Of a DNA stretch of 36,408 nucleotides, positions 1-11,844 are shown piece by piece; within the stretch, counting starts at the first letter, position 1; every line of letters starts with the position of its first letter. The notes under the pieces are model-generated. The model was not told where the DNA came from. It worked only from the letters and a program-made list of their open reading frames with translations, and did no database searches. The stretch lies in assembly GCA_003990765.1 (NCBI GenBank), contig RBNJ01000220.1:1-36408 (forward strand), read 5' to 3'. The DNA comes from Jimgerdemannia flammicorona. Taxonomy: Eukaryota. The translations under genes and the position numbers were made by a program.

Positions 1-75
1 TTTTTTTTTTTTTTTTTTTTGAAAACTTGTGAACACCTCACGAACCGCATCTATTCTTTTCCCTTGTTGCATCAG

Positions 76-929
76 CATCGCCGCAAATATCCTCGGTGCC
101 GGGTAAGCTCTTGCTAGCTACACTTTGTCCCTGTCGGTTTTCACTTGCTGGTACCATAGCGCGCTCAACCAACATCTGTAACCGTTCATCAGGTACTGTG
201 TCGGCTTCGACATCGACCCCGAGGCGATCGAAATCGCGCGCCAGAACTGTGAGGATTTTGAGATCGACATGGATTTCGTGTTGACGGACTTGGGTGCCGA
301 GGAATCTAACTTTGATATGTTCCCCGAGAGGTTGGATACCATCGTGATGAATCCGCCGTTCGGGACCAAAAATAAGGGAATCGATATGGTGTTTCTGAAG
401 AAGGCTATCAACGTGAGCCATTCTGTGGAGTGCGATTTTATATTGGAGGGGGGAGGGGCTTTGTGTGTTGTGATAACAGACAATTTTTTTTTTTTTTTTT
501 TTTTTTTTAGCTCGCAGAGACCGCCGTATACTCTCTACATAAGACGTCAACACGAGAAGTACGTTATTCGACAAGATTCCAACCCCTTTTTTTGTGAAGT
601 ATTACATGGTAGTTTACTAAGCACTCGTCGATAAGATACTCCACACTTACCATCATGCCCCGAAACAGCATATTTTAAAGAAGGCCAAAGAATGGGGTGT
701 TGTGTGCGAGGTAGTCGCCGAAATGAAGGTTGGTAATATTTTAAGCTCGAATAGCGTCATATCTTACGACGATTCGGTTTGATCTTACATCAACGACTCC
801 ATCTCTCACCGTCGAATCCCACCCTTCTCGCAGTTCGACGTGCCCATGATGTACAAGTTTCACCAGAAGAAATCGGTCGACATTGCGGTCGATTTTTTAC
901 GGTTCGAGAAGGTAAAGCAGGGGCGGTAG
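76..929 (+). CDS. METTL5: METTL5-like N6-adenine rRNA methyltransferase; 5' part lies outside the window; exons approx. 76-102, 193-412, 511-558, 669-728, 834-929
   Basis: Spliced translation IAANILGAG-YCVGFDIDPEAIEIARQN...[86 protein letters not shown]; carries the NPPF catalytic motif and the YSLHKTSTR and YKFH motifs typical of METTL5; canonical GT-AG introns. Confidence 0.92.
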
Positions 930-1303
930 CACGGACGTCGACCGTAATGTTCAAACTGAACAAGCCTTTCCTTTGGGAGTAATGATGGCAGTTGGTGAGA
1001 TTTTATGCGAACGCCAATGCAGCGCCAATGAAATAGACTTGTTTCTTGCGTCATCAATAGCAAGGAACAAAGTGCCAAAGAGACTGTATTGACGGATTGA
1101 AGATGTAACCGGTGGCCCAAGAATTGGAAGCCACGAGGAAATAGATATTGAATTGATAGATGACCGTGATCCAATGTATCAGAACTGACAAGAGTGGTTT
1201 TGAGCCACTTGGGACATTAAACTGTATCTTGCTGTCACGATTCGCCTTCATTAAATAGTCGTATAGTCGTGCCATATCCTCCCTTCATTCTCTTCAACCC
1301 AAA

Positions 1304-2281
1304 ATGACTCGCATGGTAGACCCGCCGTCCGACAACTTTGACAAGAGCATTTCGTCATGCGTCGACGTCTTCGCGCAGCTTGCAACGTTCACATCCATCG
1401 ACGCGAAAATCACTGAGAAGATCTGGATCCAACACGAGTTGTTCAAGGAATTGCTCGGCAAGTTGGTTCATTTCATCTACGATTTGGTCGCCGAAGCTGA
1501 ACACATCCAGGATGTCCTCCAGTCGCTCAGGGGCTCCATTCCCGTGGAAAGGGCTCAACAGAAGCTCGGAGTGCTCGTAGCGCGGTGCAATGTGATGGAA
1601 GACGAATCGAAAGATCTAGTAGAAAAGTTCAACGAGATCAAGAACGGCCTCCGCGACCTTGAAAGCTACACTGATGCGTTCTCGATCAGAGTGAGAGGAA
1701 GCATCAAACGAAGAGAGGAAATCAAAAATATGGCGCATTCCATTGCTAGTGCAATCGATAAAATCCCTATACTCACGTCGTGTGTAAAGGAGTTTTTTGC
1801 TAGACCATTTCTTGTGGTATCGAACGGTATGTAGACATACTCCTGATGCCGTGTTTTTCGTGGCCCAGAGAGAGCGTGTACTGATTCTCTTGAAATTATG
1901 GGTTGAACGTATGAAACGCCAGTCTGCTCCGATAGCATTGACCACTGGGAGGAAAAACTTGGCTACGTTTCGCAAGTCACTACTGAAGCCAAGAATATCA
2001 ACAGGGATGTGTCGGATTTCAACAGCTTAATCTGCCGTAGAATATTCTCCTACTTGAAAAGCCGCAGAAAGTCACTGGAAGACTTCCGTAGGGAAGCCGA
2101 GGCCGGCCAAGCTATCGACCTCTGGGCCATCGACGACAAAGACCTTGCAATCGAGCTCGATAGCTGGCAAGATCTAGTTACCAGGATGCAAGCCGTGAGG
2201 ATAGTGATTGAATTACACTCCCTCCGACTTAGACCACGGGGAAGGGAGTCGTCCTGGTTTGCTCGCATGTTGAGGTGGTAA
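1304..2281 (+). CDS. Hypothetical alpha-helical/coiled-coil protein, ~293 aa, two exons (1304-1826, 1923-2281)
   Basis: ORFs 1304..1834 and 2009..2281 share a frame; a 96-nt GTATGT...CAG intron (1827-1922) removes both intervening stops; no family motif recognised. Confidence 0.65.
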
Positions 2282-2815
2282 TAAGGAATGATTGAGGGGA
2301 GATGTGGGACACAGAATGTAATTTCATAGGATATTTTATCATTGTCAATAGTGTTTGGTTCACGACTCTTCTCATGAATTATCCAGTAGCAGTTTTGTTG
2401 AATAGCTTGTTCGATTGGTTCTGTTGTACTTTCAATAGCTTACAATATATTTTCAATTACGAGCACGTTCTGTACTATGTTCCGTTCCATTCTTGACGGC
2501 AAGTGTATCCTACCCACCAAAATCTGACGTTACACCACTCAAATAACATTTTCCGTGATCAATTGTTGCATTTCTAAGAATGAGGATATATTATTTATAC
2601 ATGGTCGCGATATGTCGAGATAATCTATGGTTTATACATGTTGTGTACGCGGGAACTTCCAAACTTTGTGAGCGTTGTCCTCCTGCGATTGTTACATTGA
2701 GGAGCAGTCTATTTATATCATCTATACCCTCCCAGCGTGCCTCGCGGATTTGTACCAACGCTCTATAAATATGTATGGGTATATATATATTACGGCAGCA
2801 TCGACTGCATCACGA

Positions 2816-3599
2816 CTAAAACCTTGTGGCGAGCTTGGTGATTTCCTTCCAAAGCACCTGGTAACTGGGAACGAGAACAAGCCAAGGGTGAATATTTGTG
2901 GATCCTCCCCAAAAGGCCAAAATAAAATAAAATAAATAATAAAATCCGCAAAAGGTCGAGAGAAATACTTACTCCTCGTCGCTCCGGACCTCATCCTCCA
3001 CGAACCCAAACCTCAGACACACCTCACCCGACACATTCTGCTTCTCGGATCGTTTGTTTAGCCCGAACCACACATCCTGGTTCTGCGGGTCGTCGTAGTG
3101 TCGAGCCTGCCCGCCCATCGCCTCGCCACCGTTCCGCATGAACAGGTTGCCAATCGGAATGTTGATCTCGCCCAGGTAGTCCCGCCCATATGTGTCCTTG
3201 TCCCATACTGTCAGGTGGATGAAGCGCGGGCACCGGCTCGCGTTGAGCTTCAGGTCGATGGTATAGTTCCACTCGGGATTCAACGTCTGGTAGATAACGG
3301 GGGTTGTGTATTTCTTGTCGCTGGAGGTGAGGTGGCGATTGGGTATGAGAATGGATTGGTAGAGCTTGTGGAGCATTCGTAGTAACAGTGGAGGGATGAA
3401 TGCTTACTTGACTCGCATCACAGCGTACGGGTCCGAAAAACCGGTCTTGTCTCTATGATGCAGAGCGTTGGGAAGGTCAGCTCTATGTTTTATTTTGCCA
3501 TTTACTGATCGTGCTTCGCTTGTCCGAGCTGCAAAATACTTACGCAATTGCGAGATCCTTTGCCCTGATCACACCGATGCGGAAATGTACAGTTGGCAT
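2816..3599 (-). CDS. Stand-alone C2-domain protein (~165 aa), resembling the C2A domain of phosphatidylserine decarboxylase Psd2; four exons
   Basis: Spliced MPTVHFRIGVIRAKDLAIADKTGFSDPYAVMRVNDKKYTTPVIYQTLNPEWNYT...LTVWDKDTYGRDYLGEINIP...WFGLNKRSEKQNVSGEVCLRF; typical C2 motifs SDPY, TLNPEW, WDKD, DYLG. The TAA at 2969-2971 lies within a GTAAGT donor, so a last exon (DYQVLWKEITKLATRF*, ending 2816) is likely. Confidence 0.85.
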
Positions 3600-5759
3600 G
3601 ATGATGAGAGAATGCGTGTGCTGGTAAGAAATCGGTTGAAGACAAATATCTCCAAACGCACAAATTTATGTAATGCCTTGGAGGTCCGCGGATAATAAAA
3701 AACGCACCTTTGTATCCCCTTTTCAGGAATGGAAATTGTCTAAATATATCTTCCCGATCCACGATTCGTTGACTCGGCCGCCACGCGGAATTGTAGTCAT
3801 TGATTGGCACGCAGGTTCGGCCGTGTTTGTACGCAATTACTCTATGAAGAAACCTGTATTGTCGTCATCGCCGTGGTTTGGATTCCATCTGCTACAACGT
3901 GATAGCGGATTGGTGTTGCCGTTTTACCGATTACGGTATCCGATTGAGTTTATCTTTACGATTCCCAATGTCATGATAAAAGAGCTGCACACAATTGGCG
4001 TCTTTGGCTCTTGTGCAAAGTACGGAATAGTGGTAGTTCCGGAATTGACTCTATCTTTTTTTGCTCCACGTATCATTTAAAATGTAGAGATCGACGGGTA
4101 TCAAATTTAGCCGATTCATCGAACCAGATCTCGGGGCACACCAAACTGAATTCAAAAAAACACTGCCAAGAATCGCAATGGAGCCACGGAGTTTGTCGTT
4201 GGATATGCATACACCGCCAAGCCGATCACGTACTCTGCCTCAAAGGAACTATTGGCCTATGGGAAGCCTGCCTTACCTTCACGTTATCCGAATGCCCATT
4301 ATCACAATAACGCACCCCGTGCATTAATCTTTACCATCTTGTAATTATGTCAACGTGCTACGGATTGCATATAGACTTGCTTATATCTCCATGGAAAGAA
4401 AATTTAGACCCAGCAGGAACAAAAGGAAAATGAAATATAAAAAATATTTGGAAAGCCGTTATAGATAAAAAATGATATTCCAGCTGGATATATGTCTGCC
4501 ATTCATAACGTCTCCCAAATAACCCAGTTAAATCAGATAGATTCTGAAATATAGGACAGCAAAATATGCATTGCAAAAAAGAATGTTATACGAGAAAAAA
4601 AAAAAAAATGTTCACACCCCTCCTATTTTGTATTTACACTAGCAAACCAACCTCTCTGTGGGCCATTGATCTCCTAACAAGTCAACCTGAATTGAATCAG
4701 ACCTCAAATCAAATCAAATAAATAAATAAAAATGGATCAATTAAGATTTGGAGTACTAGGTATATTGCATCCATATCTCCAAAATGATTTTCTTGGGGGA
4801 TATTGTCGAGTATTGTATTTGAGAGTGACGCTACATGCAGAGAGCCGCCTGCAAACAATGGGATCGGTCTTTAGCACCCACCAAAAACACAATCGCCTAT
4901 ACGAAAAATCATCTATATATTTAAATTGATCCAACTCCATAACCCTTCGCAAGATCAAATAGACCGTTTGCTAGCTCCCCCCCTCCGTTCCACCGACATG
5001 ACCCCTGCGCGGGTTCTCTGAAAGGCATCATCCTAGAAATCGTGTTTCCAGCCTCGCAGCTACGAAAGGTTCGCGAATTATCTATGACGTTAAAACCAAA
5101 CACATGATTGAATCACTGCAACCTATCACGTATTTGATTGTCCATTGTCACTCCACATTGGGTTGCAGCTGAAAAACCCCGACCGATTTGACCAACATCC
5201 AATGAACCAGGAGGGGCAAGAAGAAAAAAGAAAAAAAAAAAAAACTCACAAGAAATCATAGAGATGGCAGGCAATTTTTGTAACGTCTTTCGTATTCTAC
5301 AGTGACATTGTTAGCTCTATCACAGTGCGATCAATCATCAGCCGTGCTGCTGATTGTGGGTTAGGACCTGACAGCTACATAACTTTCGATAATGGAATGC
5401 CGTTTCGTCCGACTTCTTCAAAAGAAGGCTAGGATAAGTTATGTGTTTAGAAGTAGTGAGGAATTTATATATATATATTTAAAAAAAAAGACCGAGCGGA
5501 TATGATGCGAATCGCAAATACCATCGTGATAACGCACTTAGGATCCAATTTCATCACTTCTGCGAAAAATACATGGGAATATATTAAACCAGAAGAGGAC
5601 TATGACACACAGATAATATTAACACACGAAGCACAGAACTCAGCAAACATTCGATGAATACAAGGAATATTGCAGTTTCGTCATTTATATCCCCACCGAA
5701 GCCAAATTATCCTCGAAGCACGAAAACAAGCTATACCCCTTGTCCATCCACACAATCGT

Positions 5760-5990
5760 TTTCACCGTTCCCACTGTTCCCACAGTTTTCCATCGTTTCC
5801 ACGGTTTCCACCGTTTTCACCGTTTCAACCGTTTCACCGGTTCCACCGGTTCCACCGGTTCCATCATTTCCACCGTTTCCACCGTTTCCACGATTTCCCG
5901 TTTCCACGATTTCCACCGTTTCCACCGTTTCCACGATTTCCACGATTTCCACCGTTTCCACCGTTTCCACCGTTTCCACCGTTTCCACCG
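5760..5990. repeat. 9-bp minisatellite (TTCCACCGT and variants), about 25 units
   Basis: Directly visible tandem repeat, open in several frames (VST/PPF/HRF on +, ETV/GNG on -). Confidence 0.95.
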
Positions 5991-5997
5991 CTTGCTC

Positions 5998-8028
5998 CTA
6001 CTCCACCCCCTCCTCCTCAGCCACGCTTCTCATCACCTCCCTTGCTACCTCCACGTATCGCTCCTTCGTCACCCCAAGCAGCACACAATCCACCCCCTCG
6101 TCCTCTGCTAGGAACTCCAGCGCGAACCGTTCAATCCGGCCGCCGACGACCCCCTCCTCCGGTGGCAGCTCGATCCCACGCGCCTCCAGGAACTGCTCCA
6201 CGCTTCGGCTCCCGCGGTATCGCACCTCCTGCTCGTGCGCGTCCAGGTATAGCTGCAGCGGTCTGAGCCACTCCGGGTGCATCTCGTTGGACTTGCTGCG
6301 CAGGAACCGGTACACCTGATGGTGGATCGACTCGTAGTCGAAGACGGAGGTGAGCCGAGGGAGGGTGGAGTCAAGTTCATTGATCAGCTGAGAGAGGAAG
6401 TGGGTGGGCGGCAGGTCAGAGAGCGGGGGCTGCGCGACGGTTTGTGAGAGGACGGAGGCGTAGGGAGGATTCGGTGGCGGGTAAGAGGCGAGGCGGAAGG
6501 CGCCGTCTTGGTTGAAAGCGTTGAGGGGGCGGTTGATGAAGACCTTCGGTTTGAATTGGGGGGTTGAAAAGGATGGACAGAACCGGATGCTCGGCGTTTA
6601 TTTAAGATGGGCATGGAATATACAATACGCCATACGTAACGCCTTTAAACACGCCGCAATCTCCACAAAATATTACATCCTACCTTTAATCCGTTTTTTT
6701 TGGCCCACTTGGCTGTGACCTTCAGCCCTTCCTGCTCCAAAAAATTCCCGGGCATTTGTATGGCCGCGAACCCGTGCACCTCTGGGTCCCCACTGACCTT
6801 TCGCGAGGCGCTCCTCGCCAGTTCGACGAGCGAGTGGTATGGGAGGAAGTGCGGGTCCTCGGGGGGTACGGAGAAGGAGTTGGAGGAGATGCCGTACTGG
6901 GGTGTGTGGGGTGTGTGTGTGTGTGTGTTTGGTAATAGAACGATGAAAGGAGGAAAGAAGGATATTTACGGAGCGTATAGTGCCTTTCGCAACCTCTTCT
7001 TCGAGGGCTTCGAATGTTTGGCCGATGCGTTCAAGCATTTTGGATTGGAATCCTGTGTCAAACCAATGAGATGAGGAAGATTGTTGAGTTGCTCAATTCA
7101 CAGTATCCAAACAAACATGTATATACCTCACGATAAGTGAGCGAAACATATTGCGGTGCTCTTTGGATATCGTATGTCTGTCTGCTTGGATCATCCCTGT
7201 GTCATCACTCCTGTGTTCTTTGACATTCTCACCTTTAATATCGGCATTCGGTGACGTGATGTTGTGCTTCAAAAAGTACTCTGGATTGTGAATGAATAGG
7301 GTATCGAGATACTCTGTTTCAAGGCGACCGAGGCTGCGCTTGAGCTGGTCCCTGGCGGGGTAGAAATGTAGAAAGAATTGGGATCCGCCTTTCGAACGAA
7401 TTCGGGAGGCTGAGACGACAAGAAACTCACCTCACGAAATCGGGGTGGATGCAGTGGTAGCAATCCGGCATGAATTTTACGAATTCGGTCTCAGGGACCG
7501 ACTTGAAAAGGTTGGAGATCAAGAATGAATAGAGTCCAAATGAGCTGACGTCAAGTCAAAAGGCTATCCATAGCGTCATTGGAACTAAAGCACGGCAATG
7601 CACGCCTACCGAAAACGCTCCCTGTTTGTACAAAGTCATGTTTTGGCCCTGGAGGTACCCGAACTTTGAGGCGATATGGAGCTCATTGCGGGAAAGGGTG
7701 TCCTTCTCGGGCTGAGTGAGGATCTGCGTGATAAATATGTGGAAATCATCGCATCGTGGGGGTTTTTCACCCAAATCCAATTCACTCGGATGCCCTATGC
7801 ACGTCCAACCTTCCCAATCAGCCTCTCAGCTCCGCCACCCATGTAGTTGGTACTGGTGTCAATGGTGTTGATCTGCACACGCGGATCCGGCTGGCGCGAT
7901 AGGGCACGGTAGATGGCACGCTCATTCTCGGGCGAGCCGAGGGTCATGCGGTAGGTGCCAATGGCAATGCGCGAGACGGGGGTACGTGCGATTGTGTTTG
8001 ACGTGAAGGAGAGGCGAGGGAGGGGCAT
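5998..8028 (-). CDS. Aldo/keto reductase family protein, about seven exons; start at ATG 8028 or 8076
   Basis: VSRIAIGTYR...INTIDTSTNYMGGGAERLIGK; SRNELHIASKFGYLQG; DQLKRSLGRLETEYLDTLFIHNPEYFL; FEALEEEVAKGTIRSYGISSNSF; FAAIQMPGNFLE; VFINRPLNAF; VDCVLLGVTKERYV. D-Y-K-H catalytic tetrad motifs are present. Confidence 0.88.
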
Positions 8029-9577
8029 CGGGGGCGGTGGATTGCGGCGAGAAAGGGAGCAGTGGTGACTGTTCATCGTTCGGTCACGTGTGGATCACGT
8101 GCGGCATATCGGTGAAAATATTTTTTATGCGCTTATTACTAATGGCGTGTTCGTCAAGTGACGTGACAGGCTGTGCCCCTTTCGCTTGGTCCGATTTGGC
8201 TACATTGAATTTTATTAACAAGTCTTATAAATGATGAACCTAGGGGTCGATGAGTGCCCCGAGCAATTGTTTGAGCTGCCGCACTATTGAATAATGCGGT
8301 TTCGGTTTCGTTGGAGCCATGAACTTTACGAACTTATGCTATTTGAGATGAATTTTTTCAAAAAGGTACCAATCCAGATGTACTTTTTAACAAACTTCGC
8401 CTCATTTGATGGACGCCGAGCGACTAGGCTGTGAAAGTGAAAGGACGGATGCTTACATTACTTAATGATGACGTCATATACATACTCTTACCTACACAAA
8501 TTCCCAGGAACCTTCCTTTAGTAGCCGCCCCGAACCAAGAAAACATGGACGAGAACACCAATCTTGTTGACAACAAAGGGGAGCATGGGCTACACCAGTG
8601 TTACCCAAATTTCCTTGAGTCATCCCCACCATCATTGTTGTCAACCGCCCTTTATTAGTATCATGATGGGACACAACTATTTTGGGCCCTGCAATCAGGG
8701 AAGGGATGACCGAACCGTTTAGAACCATTTGCTAAATTTATGTTTGCAGGTCAAGTAAAACGGGAAAAAAAAAAAAAAAAAAAAATGCATACGGCAAGTA
8801 CAAACACCGACCACCATATTTAGGGACAAAGTGCCATTCGTGGTTATCAAAATACCTTATGTTTTTTTTTTAAAAAAGGTCAAGTCCGTCGCCCCCCTTC
8901 CCCAACGGAAATAGCCCGTAAAAATAGCGCCCAATTAATCTTTGTCCGGATTGGCGGATCGGAGGATCCTAGAATGGAATGTATACGTGTTTGTGCGTGT
9001 TTATGCTGGATGAGTCCGTATCGCCGGGCAGAGTGAAACTGGATCCCAAGGTCCAAGACCAAGCATGAATGGGAGAGTGCGGGTGGGAGGGTGAAAGGCG
9101 GGTTGGGTGGGATTGCCCGATTTTGACGAGATGAACCCTGGGTTTCAGCTGATTGTAGCGCGTGGAGGTCGGGTCGGAGGGTCGGAGGTCGGAGGGTCGG
9201 TGGCACATGGGCCATTTCTGAAAACGCAATATAAATTCGCTGGGCTTGGATCGGTGGGCCCTTGCCTGATCTTTGAAAGGGAGTTCCTGGAAGCTCTCCT
9301 TCATCCATAGACCCGACAAAAGACCTTTCCGAAACCTTGTGGACTCGCACATACCGAATACAGAACTATTCCTCGCGTTGGACTCTAGAGCCGAAAAACC
9401 GACAAACGCTATTCGTTCCCTCCACCTGAACTGACAGCAGAGAACAATATTTACCCTAGTTTTACCCTAGTTTTACCCCCCCCTGAGTGCACTCTTGGCC
9501 TCCAGTGAAACTCGTACCCAAGAACAGTACATAAACAATATTTCTATTACTACTAGACCCCTCACACTACACTAACA

Positions 9578-11805
9578 ATGAAATTCACCCACACTTCCGC
9601 CCTATGGGCTCTCATTGCTAGCGCGCTTGTCGTTAATAACGTCAATGCACAAGGTATTTCCAGCGGCGACACCAGCACCCCGACTCTCGTGCCGATCGTG
9701 AGCGTCACTCCGACGCCCGCGCCGATTGATAGCGGCACTCCGACGCCCGCGCCGATTGATAGCGGCACTCCGACGCCCGCGCCTATTGATAGCGTCACTT
9801 CCGTCATCCCTACTTCGGCCTTGCCCCCGTCCCCAACCACAACGGCATCTGTTCCGGACATTTCCAACGTCCCGGGTCTCCCTCCCAATGCCACCCTCAA
9901 TCAGGTTCAGCAGCGCGCGCTCCAGTCGTCCTGTAACACACTCCAGCAGCTATGGACCCAGATGAATGGGTCAAGCTGGCTCGTCTACAATGGTTGGGAT
10001 TCCACTAATGCGAATAGCACGATGAGCTGCTGCTCTTGGGTAAAAGTCACTTGCAATATCGTCGGCGTCGTGACGCATCTGTGAGTATGGTTTCTCAGCA
10101 TAATTGTTACATATTTCGCGTGTCTCCAATTCTCTGTCGTTCTCAATTGCGACGGATCACATTATTCGCATTTTTCTCAACATCTCGCTTTCTCACGCGC
10201 TGATCCACAGGGATCTGGCAGGTAACAACCTCCAGGGCAACATTTCCTCGATCCTCAGCCAACTCCCTGGCCTCATCCGTCTGTACGTTCTCCAACACCT
10301 GCACATCTTGTCTCTGTCTGTACTGCATCTGTCCATTCAAAAGAAACAAAAAAAAACCCCCCTCCGGCTTCTTTTGTGCCCGCATATAGTCATCAATTTT
10401 CCATTATCCGATATCGACATGCATTGTCAATGGATTGCATGATTACCCCTGCACAATATCCTCTTTCGGAATGTCCTTTCTAATCAATTCCAACCCTTTT
10501 TCATCATTGTTCGACTTCCCAACCAATAGTGACATGAGCCAGAACAACCTTGCGGGCACCATCCCTGACAATCTGGCCGGCCTGATCAATCTACAGGTTA
10601 TGTAAGTAGCGTGGGCGGATTGACTGAAAGTATAATCTGCACGAAGGAAATCTGAACAATTAACGCGCTCGTATTCCACCCACCCCCTTACTATTTACAG
10701 CAACTTTGAGTACAACAATCTCAGCGGGCCCTTGCCGGGCTCTCTCGGTGCGCTTCCGTCCCTGCAGAAGCTGTATGTAATAGACAGTGAAGAACTCTTC
10801 GCGCTCCGCCTTCTTTGAAACCTTTTCGTCATTACGGCCTCCGTGTTTTGTTTCTTGCAAAAACGTATAACATGATTTCCCTTGCCAGTCATCTCCGCAA
10901 CAACTCGTTCACTGGTCCCATCCCCGATACGTGGGCGAGCATGGCCACCCTATCTGGCTTGTAAGTTTTGAGCTGCACTTAGAATTTCGATCTGCGTCTG
11001 CCGAAATATTGCGGTCCTTGATACGAACACATCCATTACCCTTCCAATCATTCCCCTTCAGATTCCTGAGCAACAACAAACTTACGGGCCCAATACCTGC
11101 CTTCCTGACCAAGCTGACTTTTTTGACCAGCATGTGAGCTCCCTGCTTGTATTTCCTCACCTCGCTTCGCCTCCGAAATGATCTATTGAGGCGCCAAGAG
11201 AAACTGGGCTGTTTGGCTGATTACCTCTCGATATTCTAGTGCTCTTGATGGCAATGCGTTCACCGGAATGATCCCATCCGACCTCGGCAATCTCGTTCAG
11301 CTGCAGACCATGTAAGTGTCATAGGCATGGCGTCGATCGCCAGGATGTGGATGAAGGACGCAAAACGTTGGTTGTCTAGTTACGTTTGTTTCACGTCAAC
11401 TCATCGATTGCTGATCCTGTCCCATGTTGTTTCGTTTCGATAGTAACTTGAAGGGCAACCAGCTCTCGGGTCCCATCCCGGACTCCATTGGCAATTGCGT
11501 GAGCTTGAACGTTATGTAAGTGGCGTGTTTGAGGACTGGGGCCTATGGGTAGAGGAGTCCTTCTCATCGTTATGTTGGTGTCCATGCCCAAAGTCATGTG
11601 TTGAAGCAAATTCTATTTTTGCGAAATGGTATTAACCACGTGGTGGTTCCTCTTTCCTTTTCCCGTCAAACGCAGAAACTTCTCCGGCAATAGTAAAATC
11701 AATGGCAGCATCCCAACCACAATGGGCAACATCCCTGGGTTGCAGTGGCTGTATGTAGCATCTTGATCGCATGCATCCTTTATCGCATGTGAAGCCATTT
11801 GACAT

Positions 11806-11844
<39 letters not shown>

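Noticed and set aside
38..574. 178-aa minus-strand ORF with poly-Lys
   Set aside because: Antisense to METTL5 exons; the poly-Lys is an intronic poly-T
3673..5103. Several short ORFs between the C2 and AKR genes
   Set aside because: No motif or coherent exon chain; includes a MITE-end fragment near 4690-4760
5654..6319. Three long plus-strand ORFs (221, 198 and 123 aa)
   Set aside because: Artefacts of a stop-free 9-bp minisatellite and the antisense of the AKR last exon
8880..9352. Overlapping minus-strand ORFs of 156 and 127 aa
   Set aside because: No recognisable domain or splice support; lie in the LRR gene's upstream region
9450..9480. Telomere-like repeat
   Set aside because: Only about 2.5 copies, internal position, and not a TTAGGG array
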